Virus record (IMG/VR): IMGVR_UViG_3300043775_002247
DNA: 55,270 nt
Reading direction: 5' to 3' (one strand)
DNA from: an uncultured virus (IMG/VR IMGVR_UViG_3300043775_002247)
Lineage: Duplodnaviria; Heunggongvirae; Uroviricota; Caudoviricetes
Below are positions 11,460-21,400 of the stretch, one piece after another. The position numbers and the translations under genes were made by a program. Position 1 is the stretch's first letter, and each line of letters starts with the position of its first letter. The notes below the pieces were generated by a model. That model was not told where the DNA came from. It made no database searches and was given only the letters and a program-made list of their open reading frames with translations.

Positions 11460-12464
11460 TTAATTGTTGTTATAATTTCTTTTTTCTTTTCTCGTTAGTT
11501 TCATAAAGGGTCTAACAAAATTCACCCACGCGTCATCCCCCTTTGGTAGATATTTAAAAAAACCGTCTTCCATCATCATCTTTATAAGATTCCTATGTCC
11601 CCGACCATCCGGGTCTAACGTTTCTCTATAATATAACTCTACAAGTTCTTTAGCATCATCAGTAATTAACGGATTCGATAGATTTATTATTTTCTCATTA
11701 ATAGTGAAAAATTCCTCCCCATGAACACCTCTTTTAGTTTTACCCGATATTAAATTTTGTAATGTTTTATTATTCTTATTTTCTTTAAGTAGGTTCTCAG
11801 CTTTTTGTAAAATATCGGTAATAGTAACCGGTTTTTCAAGTAACTCAGGGAAAAACTTAATAAGTGTTTTTTCACCTAAACCTGAAATACCATCAATGTT
11901 ATCAGATTTGTCACCCGATAAAATTTTATAAGTTTTAATATTTTGATGCGGAAATTCGTAAATATCACATTTGATTTTACTACCTAATTGATAAGTTTCT
12001 TTAGTTCTTGGGTAATACACCGAAACCTTATCTGAAATAAGTTGGGTGAGGTCTTTATCCCCCGAATAAATGGTTTTTTGTTCGTTATCAGAGATTTGGC
12101 AATAGTAAGCAATCAAATCATCCGCTTCGTTATTATCTACGTTGATTTGTCTCACATAACAGTCCTCCAAGTATTGTTTAATTCTTTCTTTCTGCTCAGT
12201 GAAAGAATCTAACTTATACTCGTTGTCTCTGTCTCTACGTTGTTCTTTGTATTGGGGATAAATAAGTTTGCGAGTTGAAGAGTTATCATCACCATCCCAC
12301 ATAACAACAACCTTATCAAAGTTTTGTTCATCTATGAATCGTCTAATGGTGTTCACAAAGTGCCATAAGGCACCTATATGTTTTCCATTATGATAATAAT
12401 CTTTTACTCCGTGAAATCCAATCTTTACTAAATTATTGCCGTCCACTAATAGGGTTTTAACCAC
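11460..12464 (-). CDS. 5'-3' exonuclease / flap endonuclease (T4 RNase H-like)
   Basis: LLVDGNNL, YPQYK..R, EADDLIA, SGDKDLTQL, GDKSDNIDGISGLGEKT (helix-3-turn-helix). Confidence 0.93.
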   Translation of the reverse strand: MVKTLLVDGNNLVKIGFHGVKDYYHNGKHIGALWHFVNTIRRFIDEQNFDKVVVMWDGDDNSSTRKLIYPQYKEQRRDRDNEYKLDSFTEQKERIKQYLEDCYVRQINVDNNEADDLIAYYCQISDNEQKTIYSGDKDLTQLISDKVSVYYPRTKETYQLGSKIKCDIYEFPHQNIKTYKILSGDKSDNIDGISGLGEKTLIKFFPELLEKPVTITDILQKAENLLKENKNNKTLQNLISGKTKRGVHGEEFFTINEKIINLSNPLITDDAKELVELYYRETLDPDGRGHRNLIKMMMEDGFFKYLPKGDDAWVNFVRPFMKLTRKEKRNYNNN

Positions 12465-12485
12465 TTGTTTTGTTTGTATTCGTTA

Positions 12486-13490
12486 CTAATCTTTTTCTTC
12501 TACTTCTTTCAAATCAAAATCACCATCTGTTCCAATGATGTTTTTCCAATATTCAGAGTATTCTTTTTTGTACTTCTCAATTGAAGCTTTTTCTTCTGTA
12601 GTCTCTTTACCTGCCAAGAATCCATGAGGTGTTACTATAATTTTACCATCCTCATAACCTAATCCATTGATGTGGTTTTTCATTACTGAAATTTTAGTTC
12701 TCACAGCAAATTTGATAGTTCTCTTATCTTTAGTCGCAGTAATTTTTGTTGTTCCCGCACCTTTCTCATTACCAAAACGGAATACTAATGAAGAGTTTAA
12801 CCAAATTGCCTCACCACCTTTAGCTTTAATTTTAGGTTGTCCAAATGGATTATCCGGAAGTTCAACCCAAGGTTGGTTAACAATAACCAAAGTATTCTCA
12901 TATTTAGAATCCGCTTTACGACTTCCTGAAATTCTTTGATTAATTCCCATTCCAATTTTATCAGCTAATGCAGCAGCATTATGTTGTTTTCCACCTTTAC
13001 CTTCATAAGTCATTTTACAAGGGACTGAACCAACAGAATCCCATAAGAACAATAAACTATAATCTAATTCACCTTTCTCTTGAGCATCTAATAAAGAGTT
13101 GATGTAGTCAGTAATTTGTTCAATATAACTGAAGTTATTATTGAAGATGTAGAACCCGTCCCATTCTAATTCACCTGTTTCTTCATCAACCATTTCTTCA
13201 CACTCAAAACCCATAAGTTTAGCATGTTCAAACGACCATTTTTGTTCCGTAATAATGAATACAGGTAATATTTGTTTTTTCTGAGCATCAACCGCACATT
13301 TAACTAAAGCTGTGGTTTTACCTGTATCGGAATGACCCAAGAACATATTTAAATGTCCAATAGCCGGACCCGGAATACCAACAGCATCCAAAAAGTCAGG
13401 ACCTAAATCAAAGAACCTTTGTGGTTTGTATTTTGCAGATGTAGAGAATTTGTCCTTAATGGACTTGAAATCATGTTTTTTAATTGCCAT
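12486..13490 (-). CDS. UvsX/RecA-family recombinase
   Basis: Walker A GHSDTGKTT, Walker B LWDSVG, IVNQ, KGGEAI, KNH. Likely start MAIKKH (13490); the track's upstream extension crosses an intergenic hairpin. Confidence 0.88.
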   Translation of the reverse strand: MAIKKHDFKSIKDKFSTSAKYKPQRFFDLGPDFLDAVGIPGPAIGHLNMFLGHSDTGKTTALVKCAVDAQKKQILPVFIITEQKWSFEHAKLMGFECEEMVDEETGELEWDGFYIFNNNFSYIEQITDYINSLLDAQEKGELDYSLLFLWDSVGSVPCKMTYEGKGGKQHNAAALADKIGMGINQRISGSRKADSKYENTLVIVNQPWVELPDNPFGQPKIKAKGGEAIWLNSSLVFRFGNEKGAGTTKITATKDKRTIKFAVRTKISVMKNHINGLGYEDGKIIVTPHGFLAGKETTEEKASIEKYKKEYSEYWKNIIGTDGDFDLKEVEEKD

Positions 13491-13585
13491 ATCTCTAATT
13501 AATTTAATTTTTTTAGTTTTTTTAGACAAGTTGGACACCAAGTAAGACCTAGTGTCCAAGTAATATGTCTATATTTTTTTTTTGA

Positions 13586-14440
13586 TTAGAAAGGCATATC
13601 ATCTTCCGGTTCATCACCCGCTTGTGGGTCAATCGGAGCAGATGGTTTAGAACCACCAAATGACATCTCATCAGAATCAGAGTTACCATAATCGTAACCA
13701 CCTTTATCAGAGTTCCATTTTGGAGTCTCACCTCTTGCGATAGCTTCTAAATACTCAACAGGTTTTTTAGAGTAAACATCTTCCCAAGATAACTCATCGT
13801 TAACCCATCCGTCAGCAGTTGCTTTGTCCTCATGAACAGGAGCCGCGTCATCATACATAACTGTTTGGATTACTGTGTAAAATGCACCTTTTGGAGTTTT
13901 AGCTTTAGTCAATTCTAAAATGATATCTCTACCTGTTACCGGGTCAGTAATATCACCTTTATTTCTCCAAATAGGAATAATTTTATCTAAAATTCCTTCA
14001 TTTTTGTAGTTGTGTTTAAATCTCCAAAATTTAACACCGTCTGCCTCGTTATCTCTATCAATAACTTTCACAATGTAAAATTTACGTGATAAATAATTTT
14101 TAGCTAACTCTTTGTCAGATTCTTTTCCGGTTGAACGAAGTTCTTCGTAAACCTCATTTAAAGGTGAACGTTCGTTGTCGTTTTTTCCCGGGTCATAAAA
14201 TTTTTGGAATTTTCCATCTACTTGAATCTCGTGATACCAAACTTCTTTAAATGGGGTTGAACCATCTGTAGTTGGTAAGATTCTTAATCTTCGTTGCCCT
14301 TGAGTTTCCTTGTCTTGAAGGATTGCCGCGAAGTATTTTTTCATTCTCTCTTCTTGTGTAAATTTTGAGGTAGAAGAAGAACTACCTTGTTTTGATTGCT
14401 CGTATTGAGCCAAAACTGCGTCTAATGAATTTGTCGCCAT
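13586..14440 (-). CDS. Single-stranded DNA-binding protein (T4 gp32-like)
   Basis: RLRILP, DITDPVTGRDIIL, acidic tail ending EDDMPF; first gene of the replication operon. Confidence 0.85.
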   Translation of the reverse strand: MATNSLDAVLAQYEQSKQGSSSSTSKFTQEERMKKYFAAILQDKETQGQRRLRILPTTDGSTPFKEVWYHEIQVDGKFQKFYDPGKNDNERSPLNEVYEELRSTGKESDKELAKNYLSRKFYIVKVIDRDNEADGVKFWRFKHNYKNEGILDKIIPIWRNKGDITDPVTGRDIILELTKAKTPKGAFYTVIQTVMYDDAAPVHEDKATADGWVNDELSWEDVYSKKPVEYLEAIARGETPKWNSDKGGYDYGNSDSDEMSFGGSKPSAPIDPQAGDEPEDDMPF

Positions 14441-14469
14441 AGTGTTTAAAATATTTAAAGGTTTATTAA

Positions 14470-14498
14470 AGTATAAGTGTCAGCCGTGTGTTTGTCAA
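14470..14498 (-). promoter_or_regulatory. Sigma70-type promoter of the replication operon
   Basis: TTGACA-N17-TATACT on the minus strand, about 30 nt upstream of the SSB ATG. Confidence 0.8.
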
Positions 14499-14508
14499 AT
14501 TGTTTTGT

Positions 14509-14532
14509 AAAAAAAACGGTCCGAAGACCGTT
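14509..14532 (-). terminator. Intrinsic terminator with cUUCGg tetraloop
   Basis: AACGGTC-TTCG-GACCGTT followed by a U-run, right after the 14537 stop. Confidence 0.9.
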
Positions 14533-14536
14533 AAAA

Positions 14537-15217
14537 TTATCTTACTTGTCTAAATGGATTTACTTCGTCTTCAAAATTTCTGAAGGTTTTTTTAATCTCA
14601 TTTGGTGAATAATCTTCAACTTCGTCTTGAGTTAAAACATATTCATTTTTTCCTGTTTTTTCCATATCCTCCTCTTTATCATCAAAGAATTGACTTAATT
14701 TTTGATTGAAAGGACCTGAATCTAATGTTCTTAATTCTAATTTTTCTTGAGGAGTTTTTTCTCTGTATTTTTCAACTTTAGCTTCTAAATCATTTAATTT
14801 AGTCATGATACCATCCATTTCACCTAATTTAGTTTCTAAATTATCTAAATGTTGGAATAAGTTATTAAAATACTCTTCTTGTTTCTCTTCAACTTTTTTC
14901 TGTGATTTTACTAAATCAGTAATATCCATTTCTTCCGTTTTTGATTCTGATTTTTCATCATCACCAATTTTTTCCACATCCGGGTCAGTCGCAACATCAA
15001 CCGGTTGAGGTCCTGCCGGAGCCGGTGGGGCAATCGCAGCATTTGGGTCTGCCGGTGGAGCCGTTTCAGGAGCTAATCCTGCATCAGGAGCCGGAGCTGC
15101 GTTTGGGTCAACTTCACCAGGTGGAGGAGGTAACGTAGCATCTTGTTCAACAATATATTGATTGATAGAATTATATCTAGCAATTTCCTCTAAAATTTGA
15201 TTGTCTATTTTTTTCAT
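14537..15217 (-). CDS. Pro/Ala-rich acidic coiled-coil protein, possible prohead core/internal protein
   Basis: N-terminal ILEE...IVEQ leader, PPPP/APAP low-complexity stretch, coiled-coil C-terminal half. Function inferred. Confidence 0.6.
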   Translation of the reverse strand: MKKIDNQILEEIARYNSINQYIVEQDATLPPPPGEVDPNAAPAPDAGLAPETAPPADPNAAIAPPAPAGPQPVDVATDPDVEKIGDDEKSESKTEEMDITDLVKSQKKVEEKQEEYFNNLFQHLDNLETKLGEMDGIMTKLNDLEAKVEKYREKTPQEKLELRTLDSGPFNQKLSQFFDDKEEDMEKTGKNEYVLTQDEVEDYSPNEIKKTFRNFEDEVNPFRQVR

Positions 15218-15221
15218 GTTA

Positions 15222-15446
15222 TTAACCGTTTAATAGTTGTTTTACACCTGTTAAAGTTTCAACTTGAATTTTTTTATTTTTGTTTAATGTGTTATCAACT
15301 CTTTCAATTAAACCATCTTTCATTCTGATAGTATAACAATCTCCAGTGTCTAAATCACATACTTGTTTAGAACCATCCCCCAAATCTTTTTCGGTACTTC
15401 TGGTATTTTTACCTAAATAGTTGTCTAATATTAATTTTGTGTCCAT
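15222..15446 (-). CDS. Small hypothetical protein
   Basis: 74-aa ORF with TATTTATA upstream, packed against the next gene. Confidence 0.7.
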   Translation of the reverse strand: MDTKLILDNYLGKNTRSTEKDLGDGSKQVCDLDTGDCYTIRMKDGLIERVDNTLNKNKKIQVETLTGVKQLLNG

Positions 15447-15489
15447 AATCTTTTATTTATAAATATCTTTTATTTTGAAAAAACTTAAT

Positions 15490-18400
15490 TTAACATGTTG
15501 TTCCGTTTCTAGAACATGGTTTACTATCCCAAATAATTTCAGAACCTGTATATGGTTGACTATAACATTTACAACAAATATTATCCTTAACTTTTTTCCA
15601 CAAATTGACTTCAATCACTTTACGAGCTCCAAAATCCTCATCAGGACATTTTATTGGTGTGAAAACATATTGAAATGAATAACTAATATTTGGAAAAGCA
15701 TTAACTTTTACAACCAAAGTAAATGTATATTCCTTATCATTTCGAGCTTCCTCTAAAATTGCTCTAATGTTAGGAACTGAAACAAATGCACCAATATTTT
15801 TATTTTTGTCTGGTTCTATGGTAAAACTACCAATTTCTACTTTATCAATACCTCCCACAATATATAATTTAGCAGGATAGTTTTGTGTTAATAATTCATC
15901 TTCATAATCAATAACAAAATCACCCCTAAGTTGACTATTATATATGTCAATATTTTCTATAGTCGCTTTACTAAATTTTTTACTATTTGCAAAAATTTCT
16001 TCATCAGTTGTGGCTTTTGGTGGTGTATTAGGTGGTGGAGTACCACTTACATTTCCACTACCGGTTTTAAATAAATCAATAGATTTTTGAACACTAGTTT
16101 CCATTTGACTTAATTGACTAGGATTATCTTGAACCAATTTGTTATAAACATCAATATTTTTTTGATTTGCCGAGAAATATAATGTATAAAATTTAACAAT
16201 TTCTTTTGCGGTTATATCAGGTAATAAACTAATTTTACCACTAAATCTCGCAATTAAAAATTCAACATGTTTAGACAAATCTGAAAAAATCGCATATGGT
16301 ACATTACTTGAATTACAATAAAATTGTGGATTAAAATAAGAAACACCTGTTTGACCCCAATTTTGTAATAAATCAACACCTGAATAGTTGTTTTCTTTTG
16401 TTTCCAATTCAGTTCCATTTGATGACCCCAAATAAATTGTTGCAAACACTAAATACCTTAATTTTTGGTCAGCGGTTTGAGTAATAATTGTACTAATAGA
16501 GTCTTTATATTTAGATTTAGTTGTTGTTGGAGAATCAACTTTATCATATTTTCCATAATTACTTATTGGTGTACAACTTGGGTAATCTGTTGAACTGTTT
16601 GCTGGTTTGTCTACCGCGTCTTTAACAGTATTATTAGTTTGACTAATAACATTATCTTGTTTAGTACCACTTTCTTTAATTGCCGCTTGTTTGTCTTGTT
16701 TATTTTTCTCAATAATTGAAGTTAATAAATTAGTTTTTAAAGTTTGTATGTAACTATCTATTTCAGGTAAATTTGACACAGATTGTCTGATTCCCTTAAA
16801 TATTGTTTCAAACGTGCCAGGCCCAATACTATGATTAACTTCTTGAATCATGTAAGCCCCACTAAACATTGGTACGTGTCTCAAATTAAAATACATAGTT
16901 GGTTGAATCATAGCGTTACCCATCATTGACACAGTACAAGCATAACTTCTATTTTTATATAAATTATATAATGAAATATTTTGAGTTCCCGATGATTTAC
17001 CTGAAGATTGTTTAACTAACTCATCTGTTTGTTGTAACGATTCTGCGGTTGCTTGTCCGGCACTTTGGTCTATTTGAAATCCATGAAAAATTGATTGACT
17101 TTGTGGGCCAACATCAACATTAAAACCAACAACTTTATTAGATTTATCCCAATCTTGTTTACCTATTTGGTCTTCAATTAATGGGTTATCACTAGCACGT
17201 CTTAAATCAAAAGAATCACCTTTAAATCTTACATTAGCATTATTTTTAAAATCCGGTTGCTCACTTGGTTTACCGGCATAAAAACAAACCATTTTAGCTG
17301 AAGAATTTCTATAATCAACATTTAAAAATGTACCAAACATTGTATTAGCAAATTCAAGAGACCCTTCCGGTTTTGGAACAGGATTTTTGACCGCATCTTG
17401 TACATTATAAAAGTTAACGTATGAAGGTATGTTCATAACAACAAAATTATTTTCAACTAAAATTGTTTGAACAAAAGTCAACATACTTGTTTTAGGGTTT
17501 ATATCTGTTAATCTAAATTTTAATTTATTAACATCAACTAATACTTTATCCCCAATGTTTCTGTTTGCTCTATCCATTAATAAAACATCTTCAAAAAGTG
17601 TTTTAGTTTTAAAGTCATTACCTGAAATCCATTTATCGTTTAACGCTTTAAACGCCTCCCAATATTCTAATTTTGTTTGAGGACCTTCTAATGCAGTTGC
17701 AAGTGCAGCATCAGGTGTACTCCCAACATCAGGTAATTGTTTACGTAATTTAGGCATTAATTTATTAATAATGATATTTTGAAAATTATCTGTACTAGTT
17801 ATGTATTCATTCATTAAAGTAACAAATTTATTATAATTCAAAGTACTATCATTTAATTTTTGTGTTGCGTATATTTTAATAATTGGTGCAAATATTTTAA
17901 TATTATCCACACTAAAATCTATATTACAATCAACAAAGAAATCGGTTATATATGAACCATCATTTGTATATTGTAATTGAGGTATTTCGGAAAAACCAAC
18001 ATATACTTGTAACGCTTTCCATTCATTAGGATAATTTGTTATAGATTGTGATAACGTTACCGTTCCACCTGATGTTGGTAATGGTGTTGGTGTTTGAAAT
18101 GAATACTTACTCCATGTATATGGGTCAGCAAGTAATCTATTTGAAAAAGTGTAAAATAATCTCTTATCAAAGTTTGCCGGATTACCATATTTGAAAACAA
18201 CATCGTAACTTAAAAATGATTGTAAAATATTTGTTAAAACACTTAGCTGCGAATCTTGTACCGCAGAAACTAATTCAGTATTAATGTTAGTACCACCTAC
18301 TTTTGGAATTCTCATTAAACTTCTCATCAACATTTGGAAATTTTTAAATGATTTGGTTGTTTCGGTATCACTATTTGATATAAACTCATCATCAAAATCA

Positions 18401-21400
18401 TATATAGATTTTGAAAAATTTAAAAATTCCGATTCAAAACTATCTAAAACTTCTTTTTCAAAAACTGAAAACATTTCACTTATTTCGGAATATTGGTCTT
18501 GTTTACCATTAATTGAGAAATTTTCTTGTTTGGTATCACCCGTAATGTTAAAAACTTGTTTTAAATATTTTATAGGTGTTGGCTTAACAACTTTATTAAT
18601 ATCAAAATACCCATAATTAGGTGCAACCCAAAACATTCTAACCGAACCATTATACATTGCAGTATTACCGGTGATTTCATATTTCAATTGATTAGTTTCT
18701 TCAGTTATACACTCATTACTTGTCTGATTTATTAACGCACCTTGTGATGGTACAATATATGACGAAATGTTATCTAATGTTGTAATGTAAACTGACCAAG
18801 GAATAACTCTCAAATCTCTTTTTGGATTATTTGGGTCAAACCCTTCAGGCATATTAATTATTGCTTCAGGCACATAATTTAATGTAACTCCTGAAGTAAA
18901 TCCATTTTGAATGTCCGAATCAGTATAACCTGAATATATTTGGAATCCTTGATAAAAAACATTAAAGTCATTAATTAATAATGGATAAAAACCTGTATTA
19001 ATTAATGAAGATGTTTCAGCACCTAATGTTGTGTTTTTTTCTAACACAATATCCATTTGAGCCCCATTTATTATCAAATTATAGTTTCTTGTTGGTGAAT
19101 TTGTTACCGGGTCATAGTTATGAACATAACTAAATCCTGACCATGATGTGTCTAAAATATCTTTACCAGTTTCAACAAAATTTTTATATCTACTCCAAAC
19201 AGAACCAATTTTTAATATCCAAGCGTATGGTAACTTATGAACCGCTCCAAATTTCTTAAGTGTAGCAAAAATATAATCTAAATCAGTTACTGAATTTGAC
19301 GAATAAGTTTTATATTTTTCTCTAAGTGTAGATAATGGTAAACTATTTAAAAACAGATATGCCGATGCAACGAATGGATATTCGTCACCATTTCTAAAAT
19401 TCTTTACACCTTCTTGTATTGAATTAACAAAATATGGTGTGTTAAACATTGAAACGGTTTGATTACTCGTAACTAACCCTGAATAGTCATTATATCTTAA
19501 ATTACCTTCTGTCGGTAATTGTGAGTCAAAACTTCTATTTTCATAAAATAATTTTAAGTCAAAATAATAAATTGGTGATTTTATATTATTAAATAAGAAA
19601 TTAGTAAATGGTCTTCTATCATTATTATTAGTAATATCTAAAAAATTAGATATAATTTTCTTATTAGTATTATATGTTAATACTTTTGCTGTATTATATG
19701 ATGATTTAATATCAGAAATTGAATTACCATTAGCCAATTCATTTTTAACCCAAGTAAAATTTGTAAATGGGTATGTATCAGTTAAATTAAAAATATTACT
19801 TGATGTTGAATTTGATATAAAATTAACAACATTATTTTCACCAGGTAACGAAACCAATGGTTGTGATTTATTTTCATTCAATAAGTTTTGACTTAAAAAT
19901 TCAAAACTTGAATTATTAACTTTGTTTTTAATGTAAGATGTATTAAAAATACCTCTAATAAAATTTTGCCAACTTTCACCTGTACCATCATTAGATATAT
20001 GTCTCATTAATATCTCAAAATTTCCGGCATTAACCCCAAACTCTTTTAATTTTTTAATAATAAAAGGATTATCATTAGATAAACTTTGAATAATATTAAT
20101 ACTTTCCGCCTCAGCAATAACATCTGTTACTTTATCTTGGTCTTGGGTGTTACCATTACTTCTTAATAAACCTGAATAATTTGATGTTAAAAATATTCTT
20201 TCAAATATTTCATAAAAATATTTAATTTCTTCCTTGTTATCATAAACCGCATTACTAATTGGAAATTCTATAGCGTCTAACGATACTCGTTGAATATCAG
20301 TTAATGGATTTTCAGTTGTTAAAGGGTCAGCAGGTGGTTTTACCGTTTGAGTTGTCGCTCTAATAAACTCTTCTACAAACTCTACTTCTGGCCATAAATC
20401 TGTTAAATACGCTTTAGTTTGATTTATAACATTTTTATCTCCCGGATAAGTTAATTCAAACATTTCACGACCATCTTTACCTGAAGTTGCCGTCAACATT
20501 TGAGGCCACGGATAAATAGGTAATGTTTCATTATCTCCTGATGATACGTTATCAACACACGCATTTGCTGTTTCCGGATTTAAAATCGAATTTCTTCTAG
20601 CTTTAATTTGTGTATCATTTAAATTCCAAGCTTGAACGTGAACGTCATCCATTAACCTTAAAAACGCCTCTCCGTTTGCAAAAATAACTGCAAGAACATT
20701 TCGGATATTTGGAACAAATCCAATACCATTATCTTTTTTTTGTAATAAATTAGTTAAAGCCTCTGTTAATTCTTCTTGGATATTTTCTTTAGTTTTTTTT
20801 ACATTAGTACCCATTTGATTGATTAAATCTTCAAATCGACCTTTACCTTCAAAGGTATAAAATTGGAATTTTTTTTCTTCCGAACCTTTTTTATTTACAA
20901 TGACTAATGAGTTAAAAATACCTTGTGTCGCTAATTCATTATCAAATTGTTTAAGTTGCTCAGGACTTGGTGTTGTTGATAATTTTTTTCTTTGTCGATA
21001 AGTTTCTAAAAGATTTACATCACCATATTTTGGTTCAATTGGGAAAATATCTATTTTAATATCAAATGGTACACTTGAACTAGTATTTGTTTTACCGTCA
21101 ATAGTGTATTTACCTTTTACACCACAAACAGGATTCTCATCCATTTTTTCTTTTGCCTTACTAATAATACCTTGTAGTTCACTTAATGCTGCGGTTCGTT
21201 TTGTTTGAGTATCTATTTCACGTTTAAATGTATAAACTTTACTACCCTCTGTAAGACCATTAACCCCTTTCATAACCAAATAATTCTCAGTATCCATATA
21301 TTTGAAAAACCAAGACGTTCCCGCCCCTGCGTAAACATCTTTATCCAAATTACCTAATAATCTTTGATATTCCTCAACATATGTTAATGGGTCTAAATTT

